Translations under genes and position numbers: made by a program
Notes under the pieces: generated by a model
Database searches by the model: none
What the model saw: the letters and a program-made list of their open reading frames with translations, nothing else
What the model was told of the DNA's origin: nothing
Part shown: positions 1 to 10,659 of the stretch, piece after piece
Layout of the letters: the number at the start of each line of letters is the position of its first letter
How positions within the stretch are numbered: the first letter of the stretch is position 1
From: Nitrospirota bacterium
GTDB taxonomy: Bacteria > Nitrospirota > UBA9217
NCBI GenBank assembly: GCA_963796285.1
Contig: CAWCKW010000013.1
Coordinates: 448,001 to 512,000, forward strand
Reading direction: 5' to 3'
Length of the DNA stretch: 64,000 nucleotides

Positions 1-225
1 CCGGAAAACCATCCCGTGAAGAAGGCCTGGGTGCAGGAGCAGGTCCCCCAGTGCGGCTACTGTCAGCCGGGCCAGATCATGCAGGCCGCCGCGCTGCTTG
101 CCAAGGAACCGCACCCGTCGGACGCGAAGATCATCGAACACATGAACGGCAACCTGTGCCGCTGCGGCACCTACCCGAAGATCAAGAGCGCCATCCGACT
201 CGCATCGGCAGGAGGTAAAAAATGA
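1..225 (+). CDS. (2Fe-2S)-binding small subunit of an IorA/CoxS-type molybdoenzyme, 5'-truncated by the window edge
   Basis: [11 protein letters not shown] and GNLCRCGTY are the C-terminal 2Fe-2S motifs of CoxS/IorA; overlaps the start of the large subunit. Confidence 0.9.
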   Translation, partial: PENHPVKKAWVQEQVPQCGYCQPGQIMQAAALLAKEPHPSDAKIIEHMNGNLCRCGTYPKIKSAIRLASAGGKK

Positions 226-2387
226 AGACCGACCTCACCCGAAGACAGTTCCTGAAAATGACCGGCACCGGCCTTGCCATTGCAGTTGCCGCGACGGGGT
301 CCGGCTTCCAGCTGGTCTCGGCAGCGGAGCTGGAGAAGGCGGGACCCGGCTTCCGGCCGAGCGTCTGGCTGGAGGTGCGGCCTGACGACCTCGTCATCGT
401 TACCGTGAGCAAGTCCGAGATGGGACAGGGTATCTATACTTCCTTGCCGATGATCGTCGCGGATGAACTGGACGCGGACTGGAAGAACGTGCGCATGGAG
501 GCCGCTCCGGCAGGCGACGCCTACAAGGACCCGGTATGGAAAACCCAGGCCACGGGCGGCAGCTCGAGCATCCGCCACATGTATGAACCGCTCAGGAAGG
601 CCGGGGCCGCGGCGCGGGAGATGCTCTTGACGGCGGCAGCGCGCGAATGGGGCGTGCCGCCCAAGGAATGCGCTGTCGCGAAAGGCACGGTGAAGCATAT
701 CAAGAGCGATCGATCGCTCACCTACGGAAGGCTCACGCAGGGGGCCGCGAAGCTCGTGGTGCCGCAGAATCCCGAGCTCAAGAAGGAGAACCAGTTCCGG
801 TATATCGGCAAGGACATTCCGAGGCTCGACATCCAGGAGAAAGTGAACGGCACGGCACTCTTCGGCATCGACACCTTTACGCCGGGCATGGTCTATGCCG
901 CGATAGCGAGGCCGCCCGCTTATGGGGCCGTTCTCGCCGGAGCCGACAACGAGGCAGCGCAGAAGGTGGCCGGGGTGCGGCACATCGTACCCGTCTCCGA
1001 CGGGGTCGCCGTTTGTGCGGACACGCTCGATGCTGCATGGAAGGGCCGGGAGGCCTTGCATGCATCGTGGAAGGACCCCCGCTATCCCCTGCTGAGCACC
1101 GCGTCGCTTGAAAAGGAGTTCGTCGATCAGCTGGGCTCGCCGGGTATTCTGGCGAGGAACGACGGCGATGTAAAGACCGCGCTCAGCCAGGCGTCCCGCA
1201 AGGTCGAGGCGCTCTACCAGCTGCCCTTCCTCGCCCATGCGACTATGGAGCCCATGAACTGTACGGCCCACGTTCGCTCCGACGCCTGCGATATCTGGGT
1301 GCCGACTCAGAACCAGTCAGGCGTGCTGGCAATGGCCGAGAAGGTTACCAAGCTGAAGCCGGAGCAGATCCATGTGCACACCACGTTCCTGGGAGGAGGA
1401 TTCGGCAGGCGCTTTGAGCGCGACTTCGTGGAAGAGACCCTGCTGCTCTCCCAGGCAACGGGCAAACCCGTGAAGCTGGTCTGGAGCCGGGAAGAGGACA
1501 CGCAGAACGATTATTACCGTCCCATGAATGCAAGCAGGATCGAGGCGTGTCTTGATGCGCACGGCGGTGTTATGGCCTGGTCGCACAAGATCGTCTGTCC
1601 GTCCATCTTTGCCCGCGTTTTCCCAGATTCCATGAAGAAGGGCATTGACAATGCTGCGGTCGAAGGACTTGAGAACATGGAATATGATATCCCGAACGTG
1701 GCCGTCGAATACGTACGGCACGACACGCCGGTGCCCGTGGGATTCTGGCGGTCCGTGGGCAGCTCGCATAATGCCTTTGTGGTAGAGAGTTTTGTAGACG
1801 AACTCGCCCATGCTGCAAAGAAGGACCCGCTCGCCTTCAGGCTCGGCCTGCTCAAGAAGCATCCGCGGGCACAGCGGGTGCTGGAGGTCGCGGCGGAAAA
1901 GAGCGGTTGGAACAAACCGCCCGCCCGGGGACAGTCGCGCGGGATCGCCTACAGCCTGTCCTTCGGAAGCTACGTCGCCCAGGTGGCCGAGGTCTCCGTT
2001 GACAAGGGCACCGGGACGATCGTTGTGCACAAGGTGACCTGCGCCGTGGACTGCGGGCCCATCGTCAACCCGGCGATCGTGTCAGCCCAGATGATGGGCG
2101 CGGTCATCATGGGCCTGAGCGCGGCAATGAGGGAAAAGATCGAGATCGCGAAAGGCGGCGTTCTGTCCGCGAATTTTGCCGACTATGAGCTCCTTCGCAT
2201 GAGCGAGGCGCCCGACGTGGAGGTGCACATTGTAAAAAGCAGTGACGCGCTCGGGGGCATCGGCGAGCCCGGTCTGCCACCCCTGGCGCCCGCGGTGGCG
2301 AATGCCGTATTCGCCGCAACCGGTGCGCGGGTGCGAAGACTGCCCATGACACCGGAGGCCGTACTTGAGGCGCTGAAGACTCTGTAG
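222..2387 (+). CDS. Xanthine dehydrogenase-family molybdopterin-binding subunit (IorB-like) with Tat signal peptide
   Basis: TRRQFLK twin-arginine signal; [26 protein letters not shown] and NAVFAATG motifs; RBS ggagg. Confidence 0.9.
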   Translation: MKTDLTRRQFLKMTGTGLAIAVAATGSGFQLVSAAELEKAGPGFRPSVWLEVRPDDLVIVTVSKSEMGQGIYTSLPMIVADELDADWKNVRMEAAPAGDAYKDPVWKTQATGGSSSIRHMYEPLRKAGAAAREMLLTAAAREWGVPPKECAVAKGTVKHIKSDRSLTYGRLTQGAAKLVVPQNPELKKENQFRYIGKDIPRLDIQEKVNGTALFGIDTFTPGMVYAAIARPPAYGAVLAGADNEAAQKVAGVRHIVPVSDGVAVCADTLDAAWKGREALHASWKDPRYPLLSTASLEKEFVDQLGSPGILARNDGDVKTALSQASRKVEALYQLPFLAHATMEPMNCTAHVRSDACDIWVPTQNQSGVLAMAEKVTKLKPEQIHVHTTFLGGGFGRRFERDFVEETLLLSQATGKPVKLVWSREEDTQNDYYRPMNASRIEACLDAHGGVMAWSHKIVCPSIFARVFPDSMKKGIDNAAVEGLENMEYDIPNVAVEYVRHDTPVPVGFWRSVGSSHNAFVVESFVDELAHAAKKDPLAFRLGLLKKHPRAQRVLEVAAEKSGWNKPPARGQSRGIAYSLSFGSYVAQVAEVSVDKGTGTIVVHKVTCAVDCGPIVNPAIVSAQMMGAVIMGLSAAMREKIEIAKGGVLSANFADYELLRMSEAPDVEVHIVKSSDALGGIGEPGLPPLAPAVANAVFAATGARVRRLPMTPEAVLEALKTL

Positions 2388-2405
2388 GATGATAATTGTA
2401 TGAAG

Positions 2406-2600
2406 GTATGTACTCAGGCGCGACCACACCAAATGCCCGACCTTTTCGCGCAAAGCAGCAAAGTCGCCAAGGAAAGCGGGGCTCGTATAAAGGCTGATTC
2501 AGGTGTAGTCATATGCTTTCGAACTTATTAATTTTCCCCTGTTGTTGATGTTCTTTGCGGCTTTGCGCGAGACGCCTTGGCTTTTGACCTGAATAGTTAC
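2406..2600. mobile_element. MITE-like element, copy 1 (195 bp)
   Basis: Imperfect TIRs GTATGTACTCAGG ... CCTGAATAGTTAC; exact 8-bp direct repeat GTATGAAG at 2398-2405 and 2601-2608; homologous to 29187-29389. Confidence 0.8.
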
Positions 2601-2702
2601 GTATGAAGTATCCTTCTTTATTCATAGATTCTATCCGCCGTTATCAGTATCAAAGATTATGACGTGGCTTCTCTGATTCCGGCTCATCATGGGGGGGCGA
2701 AC

Positions 2703-3548
2703 ATGCAGATATTCGAAGAAGCATTGAGGCTTAAACGTCTCGGCAGGTCCTCGGCTATCGCGACGATCGTCGAGTGCCGGGGCTCGTCGCCCCAAAAACA
2801 GGGCGCAAAAATGCTTGTGCGGGACGATGGCTCTCTCCTGGGCACGCTCGGCGGCGGGTGTCTCGAGGCGGATGTGGTCCAGGCCGCGCTCATGACCATG
2901 AAGGACGGCAATCCACTCACCCTGCCCTTCGAACTTACGGAGCGGGCAGGCGGTCTTGTGTGCGGCGGCACGGTCCTTGTGTATATCGAGCCTGTTCTGC
3001 TCGAACCGCACCTGGTAATCCTCGGCGCGGGCCACGTAGGGAAGATGCTGACAAAGCTGGCGCGGTTCACCGGATTCCGCGTGACCGTGATCGATGACCG
3101 GAAGGAATTCGCTAATCACGAGAACCTGCCTGACGCGAACGAGCTTATGGTAACGGACTTCGAGCGTGCCTTTGAAGGGCTTGCTGTCGGAAAGAACACC
3201 TTCGTCGTCGTTGCGACACGCGGACATAACCACGACCTCGATGCCGTCAAGGCAGCGCTCGGGACGGACGCCGGGTATATCGGCCTCCTGGGAAGCAGAC
3301 GCAAGAAGGGCCTGCTGTTCCGGTCACTGGCGGAAAGCGGATTCGCTCAAGAGGACATCGGAAGGGTCGTGATCCCGGTGGGCATCGAAATCGGGTCCGT
3401 GACGCCTGAAGAGATCGCCGTGAGCATCATGGCGCAGATCATTCACCGAAGGAGAGAACATGGTGCTGCACGTAGCTGCCCTGATCCTTGCGGCGGGATC
3501 ATCCAGCAGAATGGGGACATCGAAGCAGCTTCTTCCGCTGGGAGATAG
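2703..3548 (+). CDS. xdhC: XdhC/CoxI family molybdenum cofactor insertion chaperone
   Basis: GSSPQKQGAKM, GTLGGGCLE, GAGHVG, YIGLLGS and TPEEIAVSI motifs; ATG at 2703 chosen as start. Confidence 0.9.
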   Translation: MQIFEEALRLKRLGRSSAIATIVECRGSSPQKQGAKMLVRDDGSLLGTLGGGCLEADVVQAALMTMKDGNPLTLPFELTERAGGLVCGGTVLVYIEPVLLEPHLVILGAGHVGKMLTKLARFTGFRVTVIDDRKEFANHENLPDANELMVTDFERAFEGLAVGKNTFVVVATRGHNHDLDAVKAALGTDAGYIGLLGSRRKKGLLFRSLAESGFAQEDIGRVVIPVGIEIGSVTPEEIAVSIMAQIIHRRREHGAARSCPDPCGGIIQQNGDIEAASSAGR

Positions 3549-4056
3549 GCCGGTCATCAGGCATTGCTACGACACGATTGCCGCCGCAGGCATCCAACAG
3601 GTGATCGTTGTCATCGGCGCCAACGGCAACGGCATCCCTGAAGCACTTCACGGCACCCCGGCGACGATCGTGCGGAACACGATCCCGGACAGTCAGATGG
3701 CCGATTCCGTCAGAACAGGCCTCGGCGCGATCGATGATCGATGTTCGGGCGTCCTCATCTGTTTGTCCGACCATCCGCTCATAGGAATTGGAACGTATGA
3801 GGCGATCATTAACGCGCACCAGGAGGCGCCTGACAGGATCGTCATTCCGGTCTACGGCGGCAGGCGCGGACATCCCACCCTCTTTCCCCCGGGGGTCATG
3901 CAGGAGATCGCGTCAGGCGCCTCCCTGCGTGACGTCATCAGAAAGGACGCATCCCGGCTGTCCCTGCTCGATGTCGCTGACGAAGGCGTTGTGCTTGACA
4001 TGGATACGGACGATGAGTATCGCAGGATCCTCGAGAAATTCAATGCAGGGCAATAG
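3460..4056 (+). CDS. mocA: Molybdenum cofactor cytidylyltransferase (NTP_transf_3)
   Basis: LAAGSSSRMG..KQLL, GHPTLF and DMDT motifs; xdhC/Xdh context. Confidence 0.85.
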   Translation: MVLHVAALILAAGSSSRMGTSKQLLPLGDRPVIRHCYDTIAAAGIQQVIVVIGANGNGIPEALHGTPATIVRNTIPDSQMADSVRTGLGAIDDRCSGVLICLSDHPLIGIGTYEAIINAHQEAPDRIVIPVYGGRRGHPTLFPPGVMQEIASGASLRDVIRKDASRLSLLDVADEGVVLDMDTDDEYRRILEKFNAGQ

Positions 4057-4251
4057 GTTCATCGGGCCGGGGTCAAGGGACAAGGTTATTACGGTTCAAA
4101 GTTCGGCGTTCAGAGTTCGGAGTATATAACTTCTGGATCAGGGTCAAGGTGCATCACTCGCAGAGTGCGAAGTTCATCGGGGTGGTCACAATGTGTGGCC
4201 GCCTCCTGCCTCTCCTGCGGATCCAACTGAACCATAAAATCTTCACCGCCC

Positions 4252-5208
4252 TTACCAGCTCCCCGAAGCGCCTCCGCCGCCCGAGGACCCGCCGCCTCCG
4301 GAAAATCCGCCGCCGGAACTGCCCGAACTCCAGCCCCCGCCCGAGCCACTGGATGAAAACGTGAACCCGCCGATGGAAGCGTGGCCCTTGGTGCGGAGGT
4401 CCTCCCCGGCTTTTTTATACCATGCGGTGTTCTTGAGCATCAACTTGGCAATGGGAAATCCGATCAGGTACGTTATGAGCAGCGTAAGAGCACCGGTGGT
4501 GCCGACGATGATGATGGGGAACATGGCCCAGAAGGGGATGAGAAAGAAGTAGAGGAACCATCCGGCACCGGGGGTTATGATTCCCATTGCGGTGAACAGG
4601 CCGATGATGCCGAAGACGAACGCGCCGATGAGGATCCGCTCAATGATCGGCATGTCCGGCATGTCGATATGAAAACCTGATGAGGTCCGCGTTGTTTGTC
4701 CTGCGCTGCTTTCGCCAACAGGCTTCTCGCCTTTCTCCAGCAGGTTAAGAATGGCCTTCACGCCCGCATCGACGCCGCTGTTGTAGTCCCCCTCTTTGAA
4801 CCGGGGCGTCATGACATTGCGGATGATGCTGCCGGCCAGGGAATCGGTGAGTGTGCCTTCGAGACCGTAGCCCACCTCGATGCGCATGCGCCGGTCGTTC
4901 GGAGCGACGACGACCAGAACGCCATTGTCCTTGCCTTTCTGGCCGAGCTTCCATGCCTCGAATACCCGAAGGGCATATTCCTCGATGCCCTCCCCGTCCA
5001 GCGTGGGGACCGTGAGCACGGCGATCTGGTTCCCGGTGCTTTCCTCATGCGCCTTGAGCAGCAAGGTCAGCGATCGGCGCGTGCCCTCGTTCAGGACCTC
5101 GGCGTTGTCGGTCACGCGGCCCGTCAGGAAGGGGACCTCAACTGCCGCGGCAATGGCCGTGATCAGAAGCAGCGCGACCAGAAGCGCGTATCGAAGCGCT
5201 GTTCTCAT
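4252..5208 (-). CDS. TPM-domain (YgcG-like) membrane protein
   Basis: GRVTDNA, WKLGQKGKDNGVL and RIEVGYGLEG motifs; Gly/Ser tail ending GGGGASGSW. Confidence 0.9.
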   Translation of the reverse strand: MRTALRYALLVALLLITAIAAAVEVPFLTGRVTDNAEVLNEGTRRSLTLLLKAHEESTGNQIAVLTVPTLDGEGIEEYALRVFEAWKLGQKGKDNGVLVVVAPNDRRMRIEVGYGLEGTLTDSLAGSIIRNVMTPRFKEGDYNSGVDAGVKAILNLLEKGEKPVGESSAGQTTRTSSGFHIDMPDMPIIERILIGAFVFGIIGLFTAMGIITPGAGWFLYFFLIPFWAMFPIIIVGTTGALTLLITYLIGFPIAKLMLKNTAWYKKAGEDLRTKGHASIGGFTFSSSGSGGGWSSGSSGGGFSGGGGSSGGGGASGSW

Positions 5209-5855
5209 GGGCCGTCCTCCTCTACGATCGCGTTGGGAAGTTCATCCACTCCTGAAGCGGCCGTTGCGCCGGCCCCCAGGACCTCCTCCAGGCCGGCCAG
5301 CCCTGCTTCGAGCGCGCGGCCGACCTGGCCGGCCGCAAGGGGCGCTGTCATGCGGCTGATGATCCCCTGCAAGGCGTCCGCGTTCAGGCGCCGGCGAAGT
5401 CCCGTGTCGGGAAGCACAACGACACGCTGCTCGAAGAGACTGACGAGCAGCAGGATGCCCGTTCGCCTGCGTGTGGCGAAGAGCTCGCGGGAGAGGAAGA
5501 GGGACTCGGCGTATTGCCGCGTCTCTACTTCGGCGCGGTGCGCGTCGAGAAAGAGGCGGGCGAAGCCCGGCAGGGCGACACACAGCAGGGCGCATACGGC
5601 GCCTCCGATGAGCGTCATCGCCACGGCGAAGAGCATTGTAAAGAACGGGAACCAGCGGGGCTGCAGAACATCCAGCATGGCAGCCGCGAGTCCGGCGCCC
5701 GCTGCTCCCAGCGCGAACGCCTTCCAGGGGAGTTCAACATAGCTGTCGCTTTTCTCGATGACCGCGAGGACTACCTGGACGCCGGTCCGCTTCTCCGTGG
5801 AAGCGACCCGCTGGTCAAGGTGCCGTCGTTCCTGCTCGCTCAAGTTCTGTTTCAT
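5205..5855 (-). CDS. TPM-domain membrane protein, partner of the adjacent TPM gene
   Basis: TRRRTGILLLVSLFEQRVVVLPD and DELPN motifs; two TM segments. Confidence 0.8.
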   Translation of the reverse strand: MKQNLSEQERRHLDQRVASTEKRTGVQVVLAVIEKSDSYVELPWKAFALGAAGAGLAAAMLDVLQPRWFPFFTMLFAVAMTLIGGAVCALLCVALPGFARLFLDAHRAEVETRQYAESLFLSRELFATRRRTGILLLVSLFEQRVVVLPDTGLRRRLNADALQGIISRMTAPLAAGQVGRALEAGLAGLEEVLGAGATAASGVDELPNAIVEEDGP

Positions 5856-5995
5856 GATAACAACCTCGTGGTCAGGTTTGCTCAGCTTGTAAAAAAATAC
5901 GATTTTTTACCTTCGACAGACTCAGGGTGAACGGAGCGGGTATTGTACGCGCGGACGGGGCATGACAACTGCAAATACGAACCCGGCCCGTGTCT

Positions 5996-6310
5996 TTACC
6001 AGGTCCCGGCCCCCTGCATAAAGACGAACAGGTCATGGCATCTCCGGAGACGTTTCAAGTAGATTTTCGCGGCGGCCTCATCGATTTTTTCAATGCGCGG
6101 CTTCAATGCATCACATCGCTCGATAAGGCTCTTGATTTCCGCCTGGGTGAGCTTCGTAGCGACATCGGTCTTTGAACAAATATCATCAAACTCCGATTTC
6201 CAGTCATCATGCGCGTAAACAACGGAGAACGGGGGCTGATGGAATAGTCCTGCCCCGATCAACAGGGAACACACCGCCACGGTCCAGACAACGGTTCTAA
6301 TCATGCTCAC
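5996..6310 (-). CDS. Hypothetical small secreted protein with Cys residues
   Basis: Signal-peptide-like N-terminus; upstream consensus promoter. Confidence 0.6.
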   Translation of the reverse strand: MSMIRTVVWTVAVCSLLIGAGLFHQPPFSVVYAHDDWKSEFDDICSKTDVATKLTQAEIKSLIERCDALKPRIEKIDEAAAKIYLKRLRRCHDLFVFMQGAGTW

Positions 6311-6424
6311 TCCAGTATACTCGATTGGTTGGTATGGCAGCGTTTGCAGTCATTCATAGGTTTTCATGCATCTGCTTCCAAGTGGGGAGGAGTCTGGCGA
6401 TGCCCCCTCTCTAGATTGCAATGG

Positions 6425-6453
6425 ATTGTATCTACGACGTGATTTATTGTCAA
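6425..6453 (-). promoter_or_regulatory. Sigma70-like promoter
   Basis: Minus strand TTGACA-17 bp-TACAAT. Confidence 0.6.
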
Positions 6454-6534
6454 GAACAGATGTGGGGTCGGCCAACGGGGACGTTGTGGACCCGTCGCGT
6501 CGGTCCACTGGAATGCCGTTGCAGCGTAACGCGC

Positions 6535-9063
6535 TCACGTCCCCCGCGGCTTTGTCCGCTTTGTCGGCACGGCATTCCAGGGATCATCGGGCCAGGGGTG
6601 TCTGGGATAGCGGCCCTTCAGGTCCTTTTTCACGAGCGGATACCCCGTGTTCCAGAACCCCTTCAGGTCCTGCGTGATCTGGACCGGGCGGCGCGCGGGA
6701 GAGAGGAGATGGAGCAGGACCCTGACCCGTCCGTGCGCGATCGTCGGCGTGTCGGCAAGCCCGAACAGCTCCTGGAGCTTGACCGCAAGCACGGGCTGAG
6801 CACCGGAAGAATAATCCAGCGCCACACGGCTGCCGCTCGGCACCTCAATCGACAGGGGCGCGCGTTCGTCAAGGAGCCGCGCCTGTTCCCGGGAAAGCAT
6901 CGCCTTGAGCGCCGGCAGGACATGCAATCCGCCCAGGCCCTGAATACTGCGAATGCTGCCGAGCCAGGGAAGGAGCCATTCTTCCGGATTGGCGAACAAG
7001 TGTTCATCTGAAAGGTCGGGCCAGGCCTCTTCAGGAAAGGCCTTCTTCATGAGCCCTGTTCGGGCCTGAAGCTGCCTCGCCTCGTTACTGAAGGTCAGGA
7101 CCCCCGGAGTGGCGCGTATCACGTCGCACAGGATTGGCGCTGCCTCTTCATTCGTGGGAGTGAAGGACCGCGCTGAAAGGATCAGTGCCCCAAGCCGCTC
7201 TTCCACGACCGCCGCGATCCTGCCTTCTTTCCGCTCCCATTCCACCCGCCTGATTGTCTCGATCCGGCCCGCGCATTCGCTCCGGATCAGCTCTGGGGTG
7301 ACGGGAGCGGCGATATGGATAATCCCCTCGGTCTGCCCGCCGGCATCGACGGCAACGGCGATGAGGTACAGGCTGTTCACGAGATGGCTGTCCAGGGAAA
7401 GACGCACCCCCCGTCCCTGGGCAAGAACGTAACTGCGGCTGCCTTCCTCCCGGCGTTTGCAGATCCTGTCCGGATAGGCAACGAGCAGGAGCCGGGAGAT
7501 CGCGTCGTGATCAATGTCCTTGCTTGAGACGTTCGCTGTCGTCCCATCAATCGAACGAAGAAGTTGATGGGATGTCCGCTCCACTGCCCTGAACGCCGAC
7601 GGGTCGATCGACCCGCCCGCTTCCGTCCCCTTCCGCCCCCTCCAGAGCGCGTCAACCCTCTCCGAAATATCCGGTTCGTTGATCATGCGGTCACCTGCGC
7701 TATGCCGGAAGAGATCCCTCTCCGTCAGGATGGCGGCAAGGTCCGCGCCAAGGCGCATGCACCCCAGCTCCTGCGCCCTTATCATGAGTCGTGAGAGCCG
7801 GGGGTGAAGCGGAAAGCGGGCCATTGCCCTGCCCGGGGATGTGATGGAGCCAGAGGGATCGAGCGCGCCGAGGTCCTTCAGCAGTTGCACGCCGCTGTCC
7901 CAAGCCGCAACAGGCGGCGCGTCAAGCCACGCAAGCGTATGCGGGTCTTTCACCCCCCATGCCGCGAGTTCGAGCGCCAGGGGCGAAAGATCGGACACGA
8001 GGATCTCCGCCTGCGTAAAGGCCGGCATGCCGTGAAGGTCCTGTTTACTATAGAGACGGTAGCACACTCCCGGTCCGAGCCGTCCTGCCCTGCCCTTGCG
8101 CTGTTCTGCCGATGCCTGCGAGACCGGGACGGTCACGAGCCGGTTCATGCCCGAGGCGGGATCGTATCGGAGCGTCCGCGTCAAGCCGCTATCGATCACC
8201 ACATGAACTCCCTCGATGGTGAGGCTCGTCTCGGCGATGTTCGTGGCGAGCACGATCTTGCGTCGGTCCCTTGACGGGAGAATGGCGCGTTCCTGTTCCT
8301 CGAACGGCAGGTCGCCGTAGAGCGGGTGCAGCGCAATGCGGTCGTCGTCCATGCTCAGTGAATCGCGAAGCTGCCGTTCGCATGCACGGATCTCGCCGGA
8401 GCCGGGAAGGAACAAGAGGATGTCGCCATGGGTCTCTCGAAGGGCGGTTTTGACAACGCTGGAGATGCGAGCGGGAAGCAGCCCCATGCTGTCGCCGACA
8501 TACCGTTCCTCGACGGGAAAGGCCTTCCCGGTGGACGTGATCACCGGAGCGTTGTCGAGCATGGCCGCGATGGGGCCGCACTCCATGGTGGCGGACATGA
8601 CGAGGAGCTTCAGGTCCCCGCGAAGCTGTTTCCGGATATCGAGGCAGAGCGCAAGGGCAAGGTCCGCATGGATGCTCCGCTCATGGAATTCGTCGAAGAT
8701 GACCATTGCCACGCCTTCTAGGCCCGGGTCGGACTGGATGCGGCGCGTGAGAATGCCTTCGGTCACGACCTCGATCCGGGTCTTTTCCGACCTCTTCACG
8801 TCGAAGCGTATGGCATAACCAACGGTCCCGCCCACCTGGTCGCCGAGCGTTTTAGACATCCAGCGCGCGGCCGAGACAGCGGCGATCCTCCTCGGTTCGA
8901 GCATGATGATCCGGCCGTGTTGGGGAGGCAGCACCTCGAGCAGCGCCAGCGGGACACGGGTGGTTTTGCCGGCTCCGGGCGGCGCGCGCAGAACAACCGA
9001 GGAGTTCTTGAGGACCGCTTCTTTGAGCGTGGACAGGATGTTGTCGATGGGATAGGAAATCAC
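6535..9063 (-). CDS. hrpB: ATP-dependent helicase HrpB
   Basis: APPGAGKTT, DEFHER, MSAT, TNIAETSLT and QRKGRAGR motifs; C-terminal YPRHPWPDDP; GTG start at 9063 inferred. Confidence 0.95.
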   Translation of the reverse strand: MISYPIDNILSTLKEAVLKNSSVVLRAPPGAGKTTRVPLALLEVLPPQHGRIIMLEPRRIAAVSAARWMSKTLGDQVGGTVGYAIRFDVKRSEKTRIEVVTEGILTRRIQSDPGLEGVAMVIFDEFHERSIHADLALALCLDIRKQLRGDLKLLVMSATMECGPIAAMLDNAPVITSTGKAFPVEERYVGDSMGLLPARISSVVKTALRETHGDILLFLPGSGEIRACERQLRDSLSMDDDRIALHPLYGDLPFEEQERAILPSRDRRKIVLATNIAETSLTIEGVHVVIDSGLTRTLRYDPASGMNRLVTVPVSQASAEQRKGRAGRLGPGVCYRLYSKQDLHGMPAFTQAEILVSDLSPLALELAAWGVKDPHTLAWLDAPPVAAWDSGVQLLKDLGALDPSGSITSPGRAMARFPLHPRLSRLMIRAQELGCMRLGADLAAILTERDLFRHSAGDRMINEPDISERVDALWRGRKGTEAGGSIDPSAFRAVERTSHQLLRSIDGTTANVSSKDIDHDAISRLLLVAYPDRICKRREEGSRSYVLAQGRGVRLSLDSHLVNSLYLIAVAVDAGGQTEGIIHIAAPVTPELIRSECAGRIETIRRVEWERKEGRIAAVVEERLGALILSARSFTPTNEEAAPILCDVIRATPGVLTFSNEARQLQARTGLMKKAFPEEAWPDLSDEHLFANPEEWLLPWLGSIRSIQGLGGLHVLPALKAMLSREQARLLDERAPLSIEVPSGSRVALDYSSGAQPVLAVKLQELFGLADTPTIAHGRVRVLLHLLSPARRPVQITQDLKGFWNTGYPLVKKDLKGRYPRHPWPDDPWNAVPTKRTKPRGT

Positions 9064-9290
9064 GGCGAACCTTCTGTCCTTGGAGAGGCGATAAATAAAT
9101 GAAGAAAACCAAACGGATTGATTATTGTCCTGTCGTAACGACTCAGGACCTTTCAACCTTTCAGGAGAAAGGGGGATAAATTGGAGAAATGGAGATAACA
9201 ACATTCTTTTGTTTATGCCATTGATCCCCTTTCCGCCTCTTAATTCTCCATTGCTCCTGATCGTTTTCTTCTGTACGTGAGCAGTGACGT

Positions 9291-10136
9291 CTATCGTTGA
9301 ATCACGAGGTTGTCGATCAGTCTTGTGCGTCCGATGCGGACCGCGATCAGCAGAACCATGCCGTCTTGTGCTGACGCGAGGGGCGCGAGGCTCTCGGGAT
9401 CAGCGATCTCCAGGTAATCGATCTCGATGCCTTTCTCTTCCCGCACAACAGCCTGTATTTTGTTCTTCAGGGCCTCCGGCTGCCTGGTCCCGGTTTTTGC
9501 CAGCTGCTCCGCCGCGTACAGGGCGCGATAGATCGCTGCGGCCGTGCGCCGCTCATCAGCGCTCAGATAGCTGTTTCGTGAGCTCATGGCGAGGCCGTCC
9601 CGCTCGCGCACCGTGGGAAGCACTACGACGTCCACGCCCGTGTCCAGGCCTTTTGCCATCCGCTTGATGACCGCGCACTGCTGATAATCCTTCTGGCCGA
9701 AAAAGGCCTTGTGCGGCTTCACCAGGTGAAAGAGCTTGGTCACCACGGTGGCAACGCCGCAGTAGTGTCCGGGCCGGACCGCGCCTTCCAGAATATCAGA
9801 GATCCCCTCCACAATGACGAAGACGGACGGTGTATCAGGATACATCGCAGAGGCCGTGGGCATGAACAGAACATCGACGCCCGCGGCTTTGCACGTTGCG
9901 CGATCCCCTGCCTCGTCGCGCGGATAGCGGTCGAAGTCTTCGTTCGGACCGAACTGGGTCGGGTTCACAAAGATGCTCGCGACCACGACATCGCACTCCT
10001 GCCGCGCTCGTTGCATGAGCGATATATGGCCTGCATGCAGGAAACCCATCGTCGGTACGAAACCGATGGTCTTGCCCTCTCTGCGAAAGGTGTCGGCAAA
10101 GGACCGCATCTCGGATATGGCGGTGATGATCTTCAT
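9291..10136 (-). CDS. panC: Pantoate--beta-alanine ligase
   Basis: VPTMGFLHAGH, FGQKDYQQ, GLAMSSRN and RLIDN motifs. Confidence 0.97.
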   Translation of the reverse strand: MKIITAISEMRSFADTFRREGKTIGFVPTMGFLHAGHISLMQRARQECDVVVASIFVNPTQFGPNEDFDRYPRDEAGDRATCKAAGVDVLFMPTASAMYPDTPSVFVIVEGISDILEGAVRPGHYCGVATVVTKLFHLVKPHKAFFGQKDYQQCAVIKRMAKGLDTGVDVVVLPTVRERDGLAMSSRNSYLSADERRTAAAIYRALYAAEQLAKTGTRQPEALKNKIQAVVREEKGIEIDYLEIADPESLAPLASAQDGMVLLIAVRIGRTRLIDNLVIQR

Positions 10137-10151
10137 AGATTGCGAATAGTT

Positions 10152-10209
10152 AAAAAGGCCCGCGCCGTCACGGTCCGTTGATTAAACGAACAATGAGCGA
10201 AACGCGGGC
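10152..10209 (-). terminator. Hairpin plus U-tract between the ferritin-like gene and panC
   Basis: Minus strand gcccgcg...cgcgggc followed by cttttt. Confidence 0.5.
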
Positions 10210-10233
10210 GCTGATGATAGGGCTCAGGGCAGG

Positions 10234-10659
10234 CTACTTCCCGAGTAACGTCGTGAACGTATCGTGGTGGCCTTCCTCGTCCGTGAGGATCTGCTCGAAG
10301 AGCAGGCGGGTCGTCGTATCACCGTCTGATGCGGCCTGTTTGATGATCTTCTTATAGAGGTCGATGGCTTCTTCCTCGGCCTTCGCGTCATGTTCGATCA
10401 TCTCCTTGAGCGTGCCGCCCATCTTGATGGGGTCCGGCTTGGTCGTGGGGGTGATGTCGAAATAGAAGATCCTCTCCGCGATCTTCTCAGCGTGCTTCAT
10501 CTCCGCGATCGCGACCTCCTCGAACACGTCAGCGAGTTCGGCCGACTCCAGTCCCTTTGCCATGACGTGCTGCCACATGTATTGCACGCTCACCTGGATC
10601 TCGCGAGCGATCGCCTGCTGCATCATATCGGTCAACTTGCTGCTTGCCTTCTGTACCAT
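10234..10659 (-). CDS. Ferritin-like/bacterioferritin-family di-iron protein
   Basis: E..QY, EMKHAE, E..AI and EEGH ferroxidase-type ligands; RBS aggag before ATG at 10659. Confidence 0.85.
   Translation of the reverse strand: MVQKASSKLTDMMQQAIAREIQVSVQYMWQHVMAKGLESAELADVFEEVAIAEMKHAEKIAERIFYFDITPTTKPDPIKMGGTLKEMIEHDAKAEEEAIDLYKKIIKQAASDGDTTTRLLFEQILTDEEGHHDTFTTLLGK

Noticed and set aside
10152-10209. pan RNA motif upstream of panC
   Set aside because: A single hairpin with a U-tract is explained more simply as a terminator. The motif cannot be verified by eye.
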